Assembly: GCA_963724765.1 (NCBI GenBank)
Contig: CAVRVY010000002.1
Coordinates: 448,001-512,000, forward strand
Origin: an uncultured delta proteobacterium
Lineage (GTDB): Bacteria; Desulfobacterota; Binatia; Binatales; Binataceae
Direction of reading: 5' to 3'
DNA length: 64,000 nucleotides
This document shows positions 61,010-64,000 of the stretch, one piece after another. The position numbers were made by a program, and so were the translations under genes. Under the pieces are notes generated by a model. That model had not been told where the DNA came from. It did not search any database and was given only the letters and a program-made list of their open reading frames with translations. Numbering within the stretch: position 1 is the stretch's first letter; every line of letters begins with the position of its first letter.

Positions 61010-61876
61010 CTAAGAGAGCCGACCGAGGATGTAATCGGCGGCGCGCTGCGCATGGGCGGCAGCATGGATCATAAGCTTGCGGTCAGCACGAAGCCGGTTT
61101 AACCAGCCAGAGACGTATGCGGCTTGGTTCTGGATGACCGCGTTTGAGATTCCGGCTTCGGCACAGAGGAATGCGGCTCCCAATTCCGCGCACAGTTCTT
61201 CTTTCGAGTAGACGGCGGAACCGAACGGGGCGGCTTCGCAAACCCCTTCTCGCGCAAGGCGTTTCTCACTTCCAGAACTATGGACGCTCTCATGCATCGC
61301 AGTGGCGTAAAATTCCTCGGCGCTGGTGAAAAGTTCACGCGGCGGCAGGGTGATGCGATCGGTAATCGGACTATAGAAAGCTTTGGAGCCTGCGTACTGA
61401 ATCTCGGGCGGGTTGGGCATGCCGGCGATGATCCGCTCGGCCGCTTCGATCGGATCGTGCTTGTGCGTCTCGACCTTCGGCAGCTTGTCGAGCACTGCCT
61501 GCGGCAGTTCGCATTGTTCGAGGTTGAACAGGCGATAATATCTGAGCAGGAACCGGCGGCGCGTCTTCCCGCCGGTCTCCTCGTTGTCGAGGTCTTCCGT
61601 GCTCTGCTTGGCATCGTCAACCTTCCAGAACACGACAACCGTGCTCTCCTCGCCTTTGCGGATGTGTCCGCCAAGTTCGTTCGCCTGGCGCATCGTCAGC
61701 CAATACGGTGAAACGTATTTGGATGCCGAGAGCAGAAAGTGGTTGATGCCGCGATATGGCTTCTTGCTCACAAGGTTGCGCGGTAGTCCGGTTGAGGTCC
61801 ACGGCCTGCGCCACGGTACCACGCCGCTTTCAAGCAGATTGATGATCTTTTCGGTCACGATTGCGTAGATGTCCAT
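61010..61876 (-). CDS. ardC: ArdC-family antirestriction ssDNA-binding protein with a zincin-like domain
   Basis: DIYAIVTEKII..LE.G..PW, YRGIN, TMRQANELGG, HESVHS, YSKEEL.AE, YVSGW. Confidence 0.9.
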   Translation of the reverse strand: MDIYAIVTEKIINLLESGVVPWRRPWTSTGLPRNLVSKKPYRGINHFLLSASKYVSPYWLTMRQANELGGHIRKGEESTVVVFWKVDDAKQSTEDLDNEETGGKTRRRFLLRYYRLFNLEQCELPQAVLDKLPKVETHKHDPIEAAERIIAGMPNPPEIQYAGSKAFYSPITDRITLPPRELFTSAEEFYATAMHESVHSSGSEKRLAREGVCEAAPFGSAVYSKEELCAELGAAFLCAEAGISNAVIQNQAAYVSGWLNRLRADRKLMIHAAAHAQRAADYILGRLS

Positions 61877-61910
61877 TTCCGTAGTCTCCAATTGTGATTT
61901 GGATGGTTGC

Positions 61911-61936
61911 GGGAGAACCGCTTGCGCGGCTCTCCC
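61911..61936 (-). other. Stable GNRA-capped hairpin between ssb and ardC
   Basis: Minus strand GGGAGAGCCGC-GCAA-GCGGTTCTCCC; no U tail. Confidence 0.55.
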
Positions 61937-61950
61937 GTGGTGGGTTGGAA

Positions 61951-62331
61951 CTAAAAGGGGATGTCGTCGGAAGCTTCAGCCTTGGACGTGTTCCCGTTCG
62001 AGCCGTTGCCGAGCAGGCGGAGTTGTCGCGCGACGATTTCGGTCCGGTAGCGCTTGCCGCTGCCGTCCTTGGCTTCGTACTGGCGGGTAGTGAGCCGACC
62101 TTCGACGTAAACTTGCCGGCCTTTGCCCAGGAACCGCTCGCAGGTGTCGGCCAGCCGTCCGAACGCGACGATCCGGTGCCAATCGGTGCGCTCCTGCTTC
62201 GCGCCGTTGCGGTCCGTAAACCGCTCTGTGGTGGCCAACGAGAAATTCGCCACGTTCTGCCCGGACGGCAGGGCACGAACCTCGGGGTTAGCTCCCAGAT
62301 TGCCGATCACGATCACCTTGTTGATTGCCAT
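61951..62331 (-). CDS. ssb: Single-stranded DNA-binding protein
   Basis: INKVIVIGNLG, TDWHRIV, VYVEGRL, C-terminal DDIPF. Confidence 0.95.
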   Translation of the reverse strand: MAINKVIVIGNLGANPEVRALPSGQNVANFSLATTERFTDRNGAKQERTDWHRIVAFGRLADTCERFLGKGRQVYVEGRLTTRQYEAKDGSGKRYRTEIVARQLRLLGNGSNGNTSKAEASDDIPF

Positions 62332-63019
62332 AGCCATAACCTCCATTGGTTTTGTTGCGCCCGCTTCCCGTCATCGGGCAGGGCGTGCTGCGCTTTGTTT
62401 TCATCACCGCGCAATTTTTTTCCGCGCGGCCCTCTCCAACTGGACAGGAGGGCCGTGCGCAGATTTCCAGATGCGCGAGCGGAGCGGGCGGCAGGACGTG
62501 ACAGAGCGAAGCGGCCCGAAGGGCTGGCGCGTCGTGCTTGTATGGTGTCCACTGCCGATGCTGCTGCTCGCTCATAGTGAAAGAGGAACTGAACATTTTT
62601 TCCCTCGACCTTGTATGTGTTGAAGAACCAACTTTTCCCCTCGCGCCCTCACTTGATAATGGGTGCGAGGGAAAAGTTGATTGGGGACGTGGGGGTGGAT
62701 GTGCGGCTAAAAAATCTGAGATGCGCTGCCGCGACGATCTGCGGAGGCGGGCCAGGATTCTTTTCCTGGCCAACGACGCCGATCGTGGCGAGCCAACCAA
62801 TGAATGAGATCGGCTAAGATGCGAAAAAAGTTTCCCGAAGAGGTGTCGCCGCCGGCCGTGCTGAAGGGTAATTCCTTGTGCGCTAGATTGGCGCCCTCGT
62901 CCGGGGCTCAGGGCTCGAACGGTATCCAGAGGCGCAAGCGGCGTCCTCGAATGGACAAGCAAGAGCGTGAGTTCCGGCTCCGAGGCTCGGGGAACCAAGT
63001 CGTGGAAGGAGGAAGGTTG

Positions 63020-64000
63020 ATGAGGTTTGCGGGAATCGACGTCGGAGCGGAGCGTCACATGGTGGCAATGGTGGATACGGAGGGCAAGGTGCTATGTCGT
63101 TCCAGCCCTTTTGGCGAGGACGCGTCGGGCTATGCGCATCTGTTCGAGCTGCTCGGCCCACCCGAGGGTTGTCTGCTCGCCTTGGAAGCCACTGGACACT
63201 ACTGGCGGAATCTATTCGTCGCTTTGTTAGCAAAGGGCTACGCAGTCGCGGTGTTGAATCCATTGCGTACGCGGCGCTTTGCCGAGGAGGAGCTGCAGCG
63301 GACCAAGACCGACGCGATCGATGCGTTGGGAATCGCGCGGTTTGCTGCCCAGAAGCGACCGCCAGCGACGCAACTGCCTGACGTCGCGACGGAAGAGCTG
63401 CGTGAATTGGCGCGGCTGCGCGAGCGGCTCCAGGAGGACTTTGCGAGCCGTCTGAGGCAGTTACATCGAGCGGTTGACCTTGGCTTTCCCGAGTTCACGC
63501 GGTATGTGCGCACGCTCGAGAGCCAGCTCGCCGCTACCATTCTGTCGCGCTACCCAACTGCGGCGTCGTTTCGTGGGACGTCGCGTAAAGAAGCTCGCTC
63601 GGATCGTTTACGACGGTTCGCACAAGATCGGTGAAGAACTCGCTCGCGCTCTGATCGAGGCAGCCGCAAAGTCAGTCGGGAGTTATCACTCCGAGCCCTA
63701 CCGATTGCGGATCAAATACCTCTGCGAGGATCTTGATGTGCTGCGCCGCCGGCTGAAGGATCTCGCGCGCGACATTGAAAGCAAGATCGACGATCACGAG
63801 GTAGGCAAACTCCTAACGACGATCGATGGGATCGGACCATTAACCGCCGCCTGTCTGATTGCAGAACTCGGAGATCCGGCACGCTTTCGCAGTGCCGGCG
63901 CGATCGCGAGCTATGTTGGCGTTGCGCCACGACTGCGGCAATCAGGGAAAAAGCGCTTCTTTTCCGGCAGCCCCACTATTCCGTTCGGGAATGCTCGTCT
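63020..64000 (+). mobile_element. IS110-family transposase/recombinase; +1 frameshift near 63584; runs off the window
   Basis: GIDVG, LEATG, KTDAIDA (DEDD). After the shift: TIDGIGPLTAA..IAE.GD..RF...SYVGVAPRLRQSG. Confidence 0.92.

Larger units (their letters stand above)
53685..64000. mobile_element. Integrative element (ICE/IME-like) adjoining tRNA-Arg; the other end is outside the window
   Basis: Integrase, Xre and excisionase next to the tRNA, plus ArdC, SSB and defence-like cargo. Confidence 0.8.

Noticed and set aside
62804-63019. N-terminal extension of the IS110 ORF shown in the track
   Set aside because: A strong RBS precedes ATG 63020 and the RuvC motif starts right after it, so the upstream part is better read as the non-coding left end.
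1-64000. CRISPR array or cas genes
   Set aside because: No regularly spaced direct repeats and no Cas motifs seen.

Overview
High-GC bacterial chromosomal window. Gene content is reminiscent of Candidatus Binatota or a similar soil lineage, but that is inference only. From left to right: (1) 1-12.7 kb, lipid and xenobiotic metabolism genes (CoA-ester lyase, MenA-type prenyltransferase, ADH, MarR-EmrAB efflux, GST/SDR/CoA-transferase/TetR cluster). (2) 12.9-18 kb, ppk2 and an NsrR-controlled hemerythrin/DUF2249/DUF59 module with a clear NsrR box. (3) 18-29.7 kb, a sigma-54 unit made of a degenerate nucleotidyltransferase and an atypical NtrC, plus SatP, two DUF1329 genes, LysR and OsmC. (4) 30-53.5 kb, a storage-carbon, pentose-phosphate, phosphoketolase, P3A H+-ATPase and PPK2 cluster. 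(5) tRNA-Arg(CCT), flanked on its 5' side by an integrative element that runs off the window. The element carries a tyrosine integrase, Xre, an excisionase, a sensor-less sigma-54 activator, ArdC, SSB and an IS110. The best novelty candidate is cargo in that element: a translationally coupled ComF-like PRTase plus a SLOG-HI1420-antitoxin HTH fusion, with its own palindromic operator, followed by a Schlafen/AlbA_2 protein. This looks like an autoregulated, ShosTA-related toxin-antitoxin or anti-phage locus. At least five genes carry single +1 frameshifts, which are probably sequencing errors. All calls come from motif recognition by eye; no database searches were run.
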